This document shows, in pieces, positions 26,987-35,716 of a stretch of DNA of 64,000 nt (position 1 is the stretch's first letter; each line of letters starts with the position of its first letter). The stretch covers positions 133,704 through 197,703 of the forward strand of contig JBDKRA010000045.1 in the NCBI GenBank assembly GCA_039683615.1, read 5' to 3'. This DNA is from Phycisphaerae bacterium. Its GTDB lineage: Bacteria; Planctomycetota; Phycisphaerae; SM23-33. A program made the position numbers and the translations under genes. Below the pieces are notes generated by a model that was not told the DNA's origin, searched no databases, and was given only the letters and a program-made list of their open reading frames with translations.

Positions 26987-29338
26987 ATGGCCAGGCACAG
27001 CATCGATCTTTGCGGCGTATGGCGATTTCAGCCGGATGTCTATGGCCAGGGACGGTCGGGCAACTGGTTCGCCGAGGATTTCGACCGGCGGTTCTGGCTC
27101 GAGGCCGCGGTGCCCATCACGTTCGACCGCTGCCACGTGGATCTGCCCAACTACGAAGGCCGTGGGTGGTTCGCGACACGCTTCGACGTTCCGGCCGACT
27201 GGCGCGGTCGGCGCGTCACGCTGCGGTTCGAGGGCATCTGCGCCCGCGCGAGCGTGTGGGTCAACGGCAAGGCCGCTGGCGACATTCCTGACAGCTACCT
27301 GCCCTTCGACCTGAGCGTGGGCGAACTCGTCGAGTACGGCAAGAGCAACATGCTGGTCGTCGAGGTCGACAATCGCCGGCGTAAAGACGAAGTGCCCGGC
27401 GAATGCTACGGTTGGCGGCCGGTCGGGGGCATCCTGCGCGAGGTGGTGCTGACGAGCAGCGATCCGCTGCGGATCGAGCAGGTTGCCACGACAGCTGCGG
27501 CGGATGGGGCGTTTACCGCGACGATCGAAGTGGCCAACGCCCGCGCATCGGGCGAGAGAGTTTCGTGCGAAGTCCTCGTCATCGCGCCCGATGGCAAAGA
27601 CGTGTTGCGAAGGACTTCCGCCGTCGCCGCCATCGCTGCCGGAGGCGGGGCGACACTTGAAGTGAAGGGAACTGTTTCGGCAGCGGCGTTGTGGTCGCCG
27701 CAGTCGCCGGAGCTATACAGCGTGCAGGTGCGACTGCTCAGCGGCGCCGAGTGCGTCGACGAGCGCGCGGTGCGAGTCGGGTTCCGGACGATCGCGACGC
27801 AAGGGACGAAACTAACGCTAAACGGCAAGCCGATCTTCCTGACCGGCTATAACCGCCACGAGGATTCGCCCCGCACCGACATGTGCCCCGACCGCGAAAC
27901 CACGCGACGCGACCTGGAGATGATGAAGTCGGCGGGCTGTAATTTCATCCGCCTGTGCCATTACCCGCACCACCCCTTCGAGCTGGACCTCTGCGACGAG
28001 ATGGGCCTGCTGGCGATGGGCGAGATCCCGCTGTACTGGGCGGGGACGACCAGCGAAGAGCCCGCCTCGGAGGCTATCGCGGCGGCGGCCGGGCGGCAAC
28101 TGGATCGCATGATCCGCCGCGACCGCAACCACCCCAGCGTGATCTTCTGGTCGGTCAGCAACGAGACGATGGAGGGCAAGCCTGCCGTCGTCGAGCTCAA
28201 CCGCAAGCTGATCGACCAGGCCAAGGGGGCGGACCCGACGCGCCTGGCCGTGCACGTGTCCAACTGCTGGAACGGCGGGGGCGACTTCGCCAACGACGAT
28301 GTCTGCTGCCTCAACGGCTATCCTACCTGGGGCGCCGTCGGCTGGGGCGGGCAGACCGTCCCCGACCACGCCGGCGCGACGGCGCGATTCGCCAAAGACC
28401 TCGAGACATTCCATCAGCGATATCCTGGCAAGCCGCTTTTGATCAGCGAGTTCGGCGGCACGTCGCTGGGCGGCGTGACCGGAGGGTTCCTGGGCGAGGA
28501 CGTTCACGCGGCTGTCATCACCTCTGAGCTTGCGGGCATCCGTCAGTGTGCCCATGCCTGCGGCGCGACGATCTGGTGCTGGGCCGATCACACATGGCCG
28601 GGCAACACCTGGATGGCCAACATGCACATCAGCCCCTTCGGCGCAGTGACGCGCACCCGCCGCGCCAAGGCTGCGTTCTATGCGGCGCAGAAGGCGTTTG
28701 TGGCGATTCAAAGCCAAGAGCATGGGCGGGACGCCCATGCCACGACAACGGCCCAGCCCCAAGCGGCGCCGGAGGAACCGGTGGCCGGGTGGGGCGTGAT
28801 GATGGTGCGCCTGCACATGAACGACATTCCGCAGGCGATCTTGCCCGAAGGGTACACGCTGCGCGGGATGCGCAGCGGCGATCAGGCGCTCTGGGTGGAT
28901 ATCTGGCGCGATGCCGAACCGTTCTTCCCCATTGGCGAGGACCTCTTCGAGGCGCAGTTCGGACTCGACACCGCCCTCTGGAATCGCCGATGTCTGCTGG
29001 TCTTCGATCCGCGCGGGCTGGCCGTAGCCACCACCAGCGCCTGGTGCAACCGCAACTTCCTGGGCCAAGACTACGGGCAGATCCATTGGGTCGCCACGCG
29101 ACGCGCGTATCAAGGCAAGGGCCTGGCCAAGGCCATGATGACCGAAGCGTGCAATCGCCTGGCCCAGTGGCACACCAAGGCGTTTCTCGCCACGCAGACC
29201 AAGCGAGTCGGCGCCATCCGCCTGTACCTCGACTACGGCTTCGTGCCGCTGATCCAGTCCGCCGACGACGAGCGCGCCTGGAACGCCGTGCGCCAGAACC
29301 TGGCGCACGCCGGACTGGATCGCGCGTATCGAGTGTAG
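26987..29338 (+). CDS. glycoside hydrolase family 2 protein fused to a C-terminal GNAT N-acetyltransferase domain
   Basis: AGGAG 7 nt upstream. GH2 N-terminal sugar-binding region, TIM-barrel motifs NGKPIFLTGYNRHED, WSVSNE (acid/base) and ISEFGG (nucleophile). After a linker, YQGKGLAKAMMTEACNRL (GNAT motif A) and RLYLDYGFVP (motif B). Single uninterrupted ORF. Confidence 0.7.
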   Translation: MARHSIDLCGVWRFQPDVYGQGRSGNWFAEDFDRRFWLEAAVPITFDRCHVDLPNYEGRGWFATRFDVPADWRGRRVTLRFEGICARASVWVNGKAAGDIPDSYLPFDLSVGELVEYGKSNMLVVEVDNRRRKDEVPGECYGWRPVGGILREVVLTSSDPLRIEQVATTAAADGAFTATIEVANARASGERVSCEVLVIAPDGKDVLRRTSAVAAIAAGGGATLEVKGTVSAAALWSPQSPELYSVQVRLLSGAECVDERAVRVGFRTIATQGTKLTLNGKPIFLTGYNRHEDSPRTDMCPDRETTRRDLEMMKSAGCNFIRLCHYPHHPFELDLCDEMGLLAMGEIPLYWAGTTSEEPASEAIAAAAGRQLDRMIRRDRNHPSVIFWSVSNETMEGKPAVVELNRKLIDQAKGADPTRLAVHVSNCWNGGGDFANDDVCCLNGYPTWGAVGWGGQTVPDHAGATARFAKDLETFHQRYPGKPLLISEFGGTSLGGVTGGFLGEDVHAAVITSELAGIRQCAHACGATIWCWADHTWPGNTWMANMHISPFGAVTRTRRAKAAFYAAQKAFVAIQSQEHGRDAHATTTAQPQAAPEEPVAGWGVMMVRLHMNDIPQAILPEGYTLRGMRSGDQALWVDIWRDAEPFFPIGEDLFEAQFGLDTALWNRRCLLVFDPRGLAVATTSAWCNRNFLGQDYGQIHWVATRRAYQGKGLAKAMMTEACNRLAQWHTKAFLATQTKRVGAIRLYLDYGFVPLIQSADDERAWNAVRQNLAHAGLDRAYRV

Positions 29339-29411
29339 CTTCCAGTGGCAGAGGCTTTTCAGCCTGTGATTCACGGCCTGGAAAGGCCGTGCGCCCAGTA
29401 ATCCGGATACT

Positions 29412-30824
29412 CTAGGGCAACATGCCGTTGTATGGCCGCCCGGCCACGAGGTTCCCGTCCTGGACAAACCCCTCGGGGCGGCTGCTGAGCGTCTCGATCA
29501 TCCGAGTGCGCCACTGCGCCAGGGCCGGCGATCGGTCACTCGAAAGATCGTGCAGTTCCCGCGGATCGGTCTGCAGATCGAACAGTTGTTCGCTGCCGTC
29601 TTGTGGACGCCAGATGTACTTACAGCGCCCGTCGGTGAGCATGTGAAATGCCTGTCGGGCGCTGTAACAGGGGGCGTGCTCGCCGTGCAGCACGTCGCGC
29701 ACGCGGGCGTTCGGCCGGCCCCGGAGCACGCCGACGAGGCTGCGCCCGTCGATGCCGACCGGGCAGTCGAGGCCTGCCAGCTCCAGCACCGTGGGCATGA
29801 GGTCTTCCAGGCAGACCGGCTGGTCGCACACCGCCCCGCGCGCCAGGGACAGCTTGCTCGATCCGCAGATCAGCATCGGGACGGCGGCGGAGCCCTCGTA
29901 GGGCTCGCACTTGCGGAACATGTGGTGGTCGCCGAGCAACTCGCCGTGGTCGGAGGTAAAGATGATGACCCAAGGCCGCGCCGCGGCGTGGCTCTTGCCC
30001 ATGAAGTCCTGCATGAGCCAGTAGATCTGGTCGTCGATGTGGTTGATCAGGCCGAAGTACCCCGCCTGGGCGCTGCGCAGCGCCTCGCCGGCGAGGTTGA
30101 CGTAGTGCGAGTCGATGCCCGCGCCCAGGCCGTCGTTGGGCGGCGGGCTGGCCCAGTCGCCGATGGCCGCCGGCGGCAGCGGCATGCGCAGATAGCGTTC
30201 CATGTAGAACGCCGGCGGGATCAGCGGCGGATGCGGCGCGTAGAACGAGCTGGTCAGAAAGAGCGGGCTGTCGCCATCATAGGCGGCCAGATAGTCGCGC
30301 GTCTTGCGGGCAACCCACGTGGTCGGGTGCAGGCGCTCGTCGAGATGGAACGGCCGCGCGGTCCAGCCGTTGTAGCTCATACCGGCCGCCGCCAGGCCGC
30401 CGGCGCCGGGGGCGCCTTGCTCGATGGCGATGGCAAGGTCGTCGTCATCTACATAAGACGAGCCGTGCGTGCGGGACTGGTAGCCGTAGTCCTTCTCGCT
30501 CGGGTGCTGGTGCATGTTGCGCCCGATGAGGGCGGTGCGGTATCCCGCATCGGCCAGCAGTTGCGGCAGCACCGGTCCGGTGGTCTCGTTGCCGCCGACA
30601 AAACCAACCATCCCATGCGTCGCAGGAAACTTGCCCGTCAGCAGACTTCGCCGCGCGGGGATGCACGAGGGGCAGGTCGAGTACGCGCGGCGAAAGAACG
30701 TGCCCTGCCCGCCGATCCAGTCGATGTTAGGCGTCAGCACGGCCGGGTGCCTCGCCAGCGAAAGACAATCCGCCCGCATCTGGTCGGGCATGATCAGCAG
30801 GATGTTCGGACGTGTGTCGCTCAT
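29412..30824 (-). CDS. Cys-type sulfatase
   Basis: MSDTRPNILLIMPDQMRAD, signature CIPARRSLLTGKFP, FTSDHGE. ATG at 30824; the track N-terminus up to 30911 translates a repeat element. Confidence 0.75.
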   Translation of the reverse strand: MSDTRPNILLIMPDQMRADCLSLARHPAVLTPNIDWIGGQGTFFRRAYSTCPSCIPARRSLLTGKFPATHGMVGFVGGNETTGPVLPQLLADAGYRTALIGRNMHQHPSEKDYGYQSRTHGSSYVDDDDLAIAIEQGAPGAGGLAAAGMSYNGWTARPFHLDERLHPTTWVARKTRDYLAAYDGDSPLFLTSSFYAPHPPLIPPAFYMERYLRMPLPPAAIGDWASPPPNDGLGAGIDSHYVNLAGEALRSAQAGYFGLINHIDDQIYWLMQDFMGKSHAAARPWVIIFTSDHGELLGDHHMFRKCEPYEGSAAVPMLICGSSKLSLARGAVCDQPVCLEDLMPTVLELAGLDCPVGIDGRSLVGVLRGRPNARVRDVLHGEHAPCYSARQAFHMLTDGRCKYIWRPQDGSEQLFDLQTDPRELHDLSSDRSPALAQWRTRMIETLSSRPEGFVQDGNLVAGRPYNGMLP

Positions 30825-30840
30825 GCGTCCAATCTTGTTC

Positions 30841-30870
30841 GGGGAGAACACGAATGTCACGAATAAAGAC
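30841..30870. repeat. CACGAATG-type element copy 17-46 nt upstream of the sulfatase start codon
   Basis: ggggagaacacgaatgtcacgaataaagac. Same orientation relative to the downstream gene as the 21529-21563 copy. Confidence 0.75.
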
Positions 30871-31004
30871 CTACCACTGAGACAACGAGAAAAGCTGAGG
30901 GGCAGAAACAAGATTCGTCATTTGTAGATTATCTTCACTTTCCGGTCTTGTTTCTTCGCTCAGTGCTCTCTGTGCCTCTGTGGCAAGTTTCTTTGGCGCT
31001 CGTG

Positions 31005-32261
31005 CTACTGGCGGATGTGGCCTTGGCCGGTCACGATCCATTTGTAGGTCGTCAGGTCTTCGGCGCCCATGGGGCCGCGGGCGTGGAGTTTGTCGGTGCT
31101 GATGCCCACCTCGGCGCCCAGGCCGTACTCGCCGCCGTCGCTGAATCGCGTCGAGGCGTTGACCATCACGCTGGCCGAATCGACCAGCGCGGTGAAGGTC
31201 TCCGCGGCCGCGATGTCGGCCGTGACGATCGCGTCGGTGTGCGCGCTGCCGTAGGTGTTGATGTGGTCGATGGCCTCGGCCAGGCCGTTGACGATCTTCA
31301 CGGCCAGGATCAGGTCGAGGTATTCCGCCCGCCAGTCGTCTTGGGTGGCGGGCTTCATGCCCGGCACGAGCTTGCGGCTGCGGTCGCACCCACGCAGTTC
31401 GACGCCTTGGGCGATTAAGAGTTCGGCCATGCGCGGCAGGAATTTCGGGGCGACGGCCGCGTCTACCAGCAGCGTTTCCACAGCATTGCACACGCCGGGG
31501 CGCTGGCACTTGGCGTTGAGGACGATCTTTTCGGCGGCGGCCTCGTCGGCGGCCGAGTGCACGTACACGTGGCAGTTGCCGGTGAAGTGCTTGATGACGG
31601 GGATGGTGGCGGCCTCGACGACGGCGCGGATGAGTCTCTCGCCGCCGCGGGGGATGATCAGGTCGATCAGGCCCTGCGCTTTGGCCATCGCGGTGACAAT
31701 CTCGTGGTCGGCCTTGTCGATCATGGCGATAGCGGCAGGGGGCAGGCCCGCGGAGGCCAGGCCCTCGCGCATGGCCGCGGCGATGGCGAGGTTGGAGTGC
31801 ATCGCCTCCTTGCCGCCGCGCAGGATGCAGGCGTTGCCGCTCTTGAGGCACAGGGCCGCGGCGTCGGCGGTGACATTGGGGCGCGACTCGAAAATGATGC
31901 CGATGACCCCGATGGGCACGCGGCGCTTCTCGACGCGCAGGCCGTTGGGCCGATTGTACGCCTCGATGGTCTTGCCGACGGGGTCGCTCTGGCGGGCGAT
32001 CTGCTCGATGGCCGCAGCCATCGCTTCGACGCGAGCGTCGGTCAGCCTCAAGCGGTCGACCATGGCGTCGGACAACGCCAGTTCATCCTTGCGGGCGATG
32101 TCGCGGGCATTGGCATCAAGCAGCGTCGCACGAGCGGCGCGAAGGGCGGCGGCGCAGGCCATCAGGGCCTGGTCGCGCTGGCTGCCTTTGGCGGCGGCGA
32201 GTGCGGCGGCGGCCTTGCGGGCCTGTCTGCCCAGGTCCTGGATGTACTGGGTTGCGTTCAT
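31005..32261 (-). CDS. proA: glutamate-5-semialdehyde dehydrogenase (gamma-glutamyl phosphate reductase)
   Basis: 418 aa, full-length ProA-like. Catalytic Cys context FTGNCHVYVH and an ALDH fold. Confidence 0.85.
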   Translation of the reverse strand: MNATQYIQDLGRQARKAAAALAAAKGSQRDQALMACAAALRAARATLLDANARDIARKDELALSDAMVDRLRLTDARVEAMAAAIEQIARQSDPVGKTIEAYNRPNGLRVEKRRVPIGVIGIIFESRPNVTADAAALCLKSGNACILRGGKEAMHSNLAIAAAMREGLASAGLPPAAIAMIDKADHEIVTAMAKAQGLIDLIIPRGGERLIRAVVEAATIPVIKHFTGNCHVYVHSAADEAAAEKIVLNAKCQRPGVCNAVETLLVDAAVAPKFLPRMAELLIAQGVELRGCDRSRKLVPGMKPATQDDWRAEYLDLILAVKIVNGLAEAIDHINTYGSAHTDAIVTADIAAAETFTALVDSASVMVNASTRFSDGGEYGLGAEVGISTDKLHARGPMGAEDLTTYKWIVTGQGHIRQ

Positions 32262-32276
32262 GGTTGCCGTTTTGTG

Positions 32277-32355
32277 GCATGGCCGTCTCGGCCATGCGTT
32301 CCACGGGCGTCTCGCCCGTGGTTCAGGTCAGGGAGCATGGGCGAGACGCCCATGC
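32277..32355. repeat. three tandem REP-like palindromes of the same family, immediately upstream of proA
   Basis: ggcatggccgtctcggccatgc, cacgggcgtctcgcccgtg, gcatgggcgagacgcccatgc. Confidence 0.75.
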
Positions 32356-32370
32356 CACGATTATCTCGCG

Positions 32371-33441
32371 TCAGGGTTGTTCGGTTGGCTCTTCGGTCCG
32401 CTGGCGCATCTTGAACTGCACTTTAGGAGCTGGTCCGACGACGTTCAACTGCAGATCGCCCAGGAATCGGATCCGCACGTCTTCGGTTTCCCAGCTCTTG
32501 ATGTCCTTTTTGTGCCGGTCATCGAGCACCACGTAGGCCTCGATCATCGATTCTGACACTTTGGCAATGTCGGTCTTGGAGCCGGTGACCTTGATCTTGG
32601 GTCTCCATTCGATGGGGTCTTTGCGGACGAGGGCGAATTTTTCCCACGTGCCGTCCTCGGCCCAAGTGACCGGGCAGAGCAGGGCGACGCTGACGGAGAG
32701 TTCCTTGGCGTCGGTGTATTGTCCGATGGTGGCTTTGACCTTAACCGAGGCGCCGGCGTCGCTGAGGGTCACCGGCTCGTCGGCGATCTGCGATTCGATC
32801 TTGACGTCCAGGTTAAGGGGCTGGCCCGGCATGTATGAGCGCAGATCCTGAGGCAAGGTCTTGATCGTGGGCTTGGTGTTGGTCTTGCTGAGGATTCGCT
32901 CCCACGTCGACCGCGTGCAGCGCACCGTCACGCGATTGGGCTCGATGGCGGCCTTGCCGTCCAGCTCGCGCCCGGAGGCCACGAATTCGACGGGCACCTC
33001 GTGGCTGGCCAGCGTTTCGATCGTAACCGGGATGGTATCGGGCGAAACCCACTGCACGGACAGGCCCATCTCGGCGAATTGCGGCACCTGCTGCACGATC
33101 GGCAGCGCTGGGATGCTGGTCGTGCCCGCGGGCGCCTTCGAGACGTCGAACCGCGTCAGGTCGTCGGTGCTGAACCGCTCGCGATAGATCTCGATATTGC
33201 GGCGACTGCCCATGATCTTGAAGGTGACTTTCTGCCGCGTGGGGGAGGTGATGGTGAGGTCGGGGTCGCTCGAGTACAGCACGATGACGGCCGTGAACTC
33301 GTGGCTTTCCGTGTGCTGCAGGTCGGCATAGATCCACACCAGCACCGACACCAGGAGGACCCAAAGCGCGTTGCGTCCGCGGTCGAACCACCAGTGCCGC
33401 GACAGGGCGCGCGACTCGTTGCCGCTCACTCGCCTGCTCAT
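32371..33441 (-). CDS. cdaR: YbbR-domain protein CdaR (regulator of diadenylate cyclase)
   Basis: N-terminal TM, then repeated YbbR-like beta domains. Sits immediately downstream of cdaA with a 4-nt overlap. Confidence 0.6.
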   Translation of the reverse strand: MSRRVSGNESRALSRHWWFDRGRNALWVLLVSVLVWIYADLQHTESHEFTAVIVLYSSDPDLTITSPTRQKVTFKIMGSRRNIEIYRERFSTDDLTRFDVSKAPAGTTSIPALPIVQQVPQFAEMGLSVQWVSPDTIPVTIETLASHEVPVEFVASGRELDGKAAIEPNRVTVRCTRSTWERILSKTNTKPTIKTLPQDLRSYMPGQPLNLDVKIESQIADEPVTLSDAGASVKVKATIGQYTDAKELSVSVALLCPVTWAEDGTWEKFALVRKDPIEWRPKIKVTGSKTDIAKVSESMIEAYVVLDDRHKKDIKSWETEDVRIRFLGDLQLNVVGPAPKVQFKMRQRTEEPTEQP

Positions 33442-34328
33442 GACGGTTCCCCCTTGGGGGCAGCGTGGCGGCGAAGCTTGGCCGTGGGATTCAAGAAGCT
33501 CGTGAGCATGGCCCGGAGGTTTTCCATTTCAAGACCGATGTACAACTGCCCGTCGCACGCCAGCGAGATGCGGCCGGTCTCTTCGCTGATGACCAGCACG
33601 ACGGCGTCGGATTCCTTGGCCAGGCCCAGCGCCGCGCGGTGGCGGCTGCCCAGCGACGGATCGACTTCTTCGCTCTCGGCGAGGGGGAACTGGACGCCGG
33701 CGGCCGCGATGCGCCCCTGGCTCACGATCACGCCCATGTCATGGAGGGGGCTGCCGGGATAGAAGATGGTGTTGAGCAACTGGGCGGAGATCTCGGCGTC
33801 GACCACCGTGCCGCTCCGGATCATGGTCGTCAGCCCGACGGAACGTTCGATCGCCACAACGGCGCCGATCTTGTTCCTGGCGAGAAAGGCCGCGGCTTCG
33901 AGGAGGCTCTCGATGATGACTTCGGCCTGACCGGACGGACCGCGGAAGAACTGGGCCTGCCCGATCTGAATGAGGGCGCGTCGCAGCTCCGGTTGAAACG
34001 CCACCAGCACCGCGCCGAAGACGAACAGGAGGAACCCGCCGTAGAGGAAGCGGATGCGTTCCCACTCCAGGCTCTCGGGCAAAGCCAGGACCACCACGTA
34101 TCCGGTCACCAGCAGGATCGCGACGCCCTTGATCAGCCTCGCCCCGCGCGTGCCCCGCAGAAAGCGCATGACCCACCAGACCACTGCCCCGATCAGCAGC
34201 AGCTCGATCAGCACCACGCCGCGGTTGTAGCTGGCGACGCGGTGCAGGTAGGTCGTAATGGCGTGAATCAGATCTTCCACGGCGGCGTCTTTTTGTCGGC
34301 TGTGCGCACGGTATCGCCTCCCGAACAA
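33438..34328 (-). CDS. cdaA: diadenylate cyclase CdaA (DisA_N domain)
   Basis: Three N-terminal TM helices, then DisA_N motifs HDMGVIVSQGRIAAAG, GSRHRAALGL and DAVVLVISEETGRISL. Confidence 0.8.
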   Translation of the reverse strand: MFGRRYRAHSRQKDAAVEDLIHAITTYLHRVASYNRGVVLIELLLIGAVVWWVMRFLRGTRGARLIKGVAILLVTGYVVVLALPESLEWERIRFLYGGFLLFVFGAVLVAFQPELRRALIQIGQAQFFRGPSGQAEVIIESLLEAAAFLARNKIGAVVAIERSVGLTTMIRSGTVVDAEISAQLLNTIFYPGSPLHDMGVIVSQGRIAAAGVQFPLAESEEVDPSLGSRHRAALGLAKESDAVVLVISEETGRISLACDGQLYIGLEMENLRAMLTSFLNPTAKLRRHAAPKGEPS

Positions 34329-34403
34329 AACGGGGCTGACATTACTGTATCGACGAAAGAGCGGCGATTGCTGAAGTTTTCCAAGGCCCGTTCTCTAGAC
34401 CTC

Positions 34404-35255
34404 TTACGCTGGGGATTTGGGCGGGTTCGCCAGACTCCGCCACACCGCCAGCGCCTGGCAGGTGGCAGCGACGTCATGAACGCGAAGGATGGTGGCCCCG
34501 CCGCCGGCGGCGTAGAGGGCGGCGGCCACGCTTCCGGCCTGGCGCGCGGAGGCGTCCTTTACGCCGCTGATCTCGCCGATGAAGCGTTTTCTCGACGCGC
34601 CGACCAGGATCGGACGGCCCAATTCGCGCAGCGACCCCAGCCCCCGCAGCAGCGCCAGGTTGTGATCGAGGCGCTTACCAAAGCCGATGCCCGGGTCGAC
34701 GATGATCTGCTCGGGCGCGACCCCGGCCGCGACGGCAGCGGCAATGCGCGAGGCCAGAAAATCGCGCACCTCGGCTACCACGTCGTCGTAGCGCGGGTCG
34801 CGCTGCATGGTGGCCGGATCGCCGAGCATGTGCATCAGCACCAGGCCGCAGCGGCGCTGGGCGGCCAGGGCGAAAATATCCGGATCGTCGCGCCCGGCCG
34901 AGATGTCGTTGATGATGCTTGCACCCTGATCGAGGGCGTAGGCGGCCACAATGGAACTGGTTGTGTCGATGCTGACCACAGCGCCGGCGCCCGCGCCGGC
35001 GGCGACTGCCGATGCCAGGCGGTCAATTTGATCAGAAGCGCTGATGCGGTCCGAACCGGAGCGCGTGGACTCGGCGCCGATGTCGATGATGTCGGCCCCG
35101 TCGGCCGCCATGGCGGCGGCACGGGCGGTAGCGGAGGGGGCGTCGAAGAACTTTCCGCCGTCGGAGAAACTGTCGGGCGTGATATTGAGAACTCCCATCA
35201 CAGCGGTCCGGCCGGTGCGATGGGAGCTCAGGATGTCCTGCAGCGATACGTTCAT
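34404..35255 (-). CDS. folP: dihydropteroate synthase
   Basis: MGVLNITPDSFSDGG, IIDIGAESTRSG, VSIDTTSS and DPGIGFGK are Pterin_bind/DHPS motifs. ATG at 35255; the track ORF is over-extended. Confidence 0.8.
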   Translation of the reverse strand: MNVSLQDILSSHRTGRTAVMGVLNITPDSFSDGGKFFDAPSATARAAAMAADGADIIDIGAESTRSGSDRISASDQIDRLASAVAAGAGAGAVVSIDTTSSIVAAYALDQGASIINDISAGRDDPDIFALAAQRRCGLVLMHMLGDPATMQRDPRYDDVVAEVRDFLASRIAAAVAAGVAPEQIIVDPGIGFGKRLDHNLALLRGLGSLRELGRPILVGASRKRFIGEISGVKDASARQAGSVAAALYAAGGGATILRVHDVAATCQALAVWRSLANPPKSPA

Positions 35256-35314
35256 GCGAGCATCATAGCCCGGTTCGCATGCATCGTTAACGGGTTCTTC
35301 GCCGATTCGTGGAT

Positions 35315-35656
35315 CTAAATGTTTGTGGGGGCGTCTCCGGGCGTGGTTGCCCTGTCGACGCTGCCCAACTGCACTGGCAGGTTTCCGCCGAATGCAGCGG
35401 CCATGCCCATCAGGAACGAGATCACAAGCAGGACCAGCATGAGAATCGAGAAGACGACCCAGACCGCATGACTCTGAATGACCAGGAAAGCGCCAAGAAT
35501 CATGGCGGCCGCCAGAGCGACGGCTCCGAGCCAGAACAAGATTGGGCGCTTGACCCTTTCGCTCCTGACTGCCAGGTACAGATAGAAGATGGTCAAGACG
35601 ATCCCGAAAAGCCCCAAGTGGTATCCGGCGGCATAGAAAGGCGCTACAGGCTCCAT
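35315..35656 (-). CDS. small integral membrane protein (3-4 TM helices), hypothetical
   Basis: AAGGAG 7 nt upstream of the ATG. Hydrophobic helices LGLFGIVLTIFYLYL, ILFWLGAVALAAAMILGAFLVI and VFSILMLVLLVISFLMGMAAAF. Confidence 0.45.
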   Translation of the reverse strand: MEPVAPFYAAGYHLGLFGIVLTIFYLYLAVRSERVKRPILFWLGAVALAAAMILGAFLVIQSHAVWVVFSILMLVLLVISFLMGMAAAFGGNLPVQLGSVDRATTPGDAPTNI

Positions 35657-35716
35657 GATGAATCTCCTTATCTTCGATCATGTCCTATCAGGGCAACGTG
35701 CCCTTTTCGACTGGCT

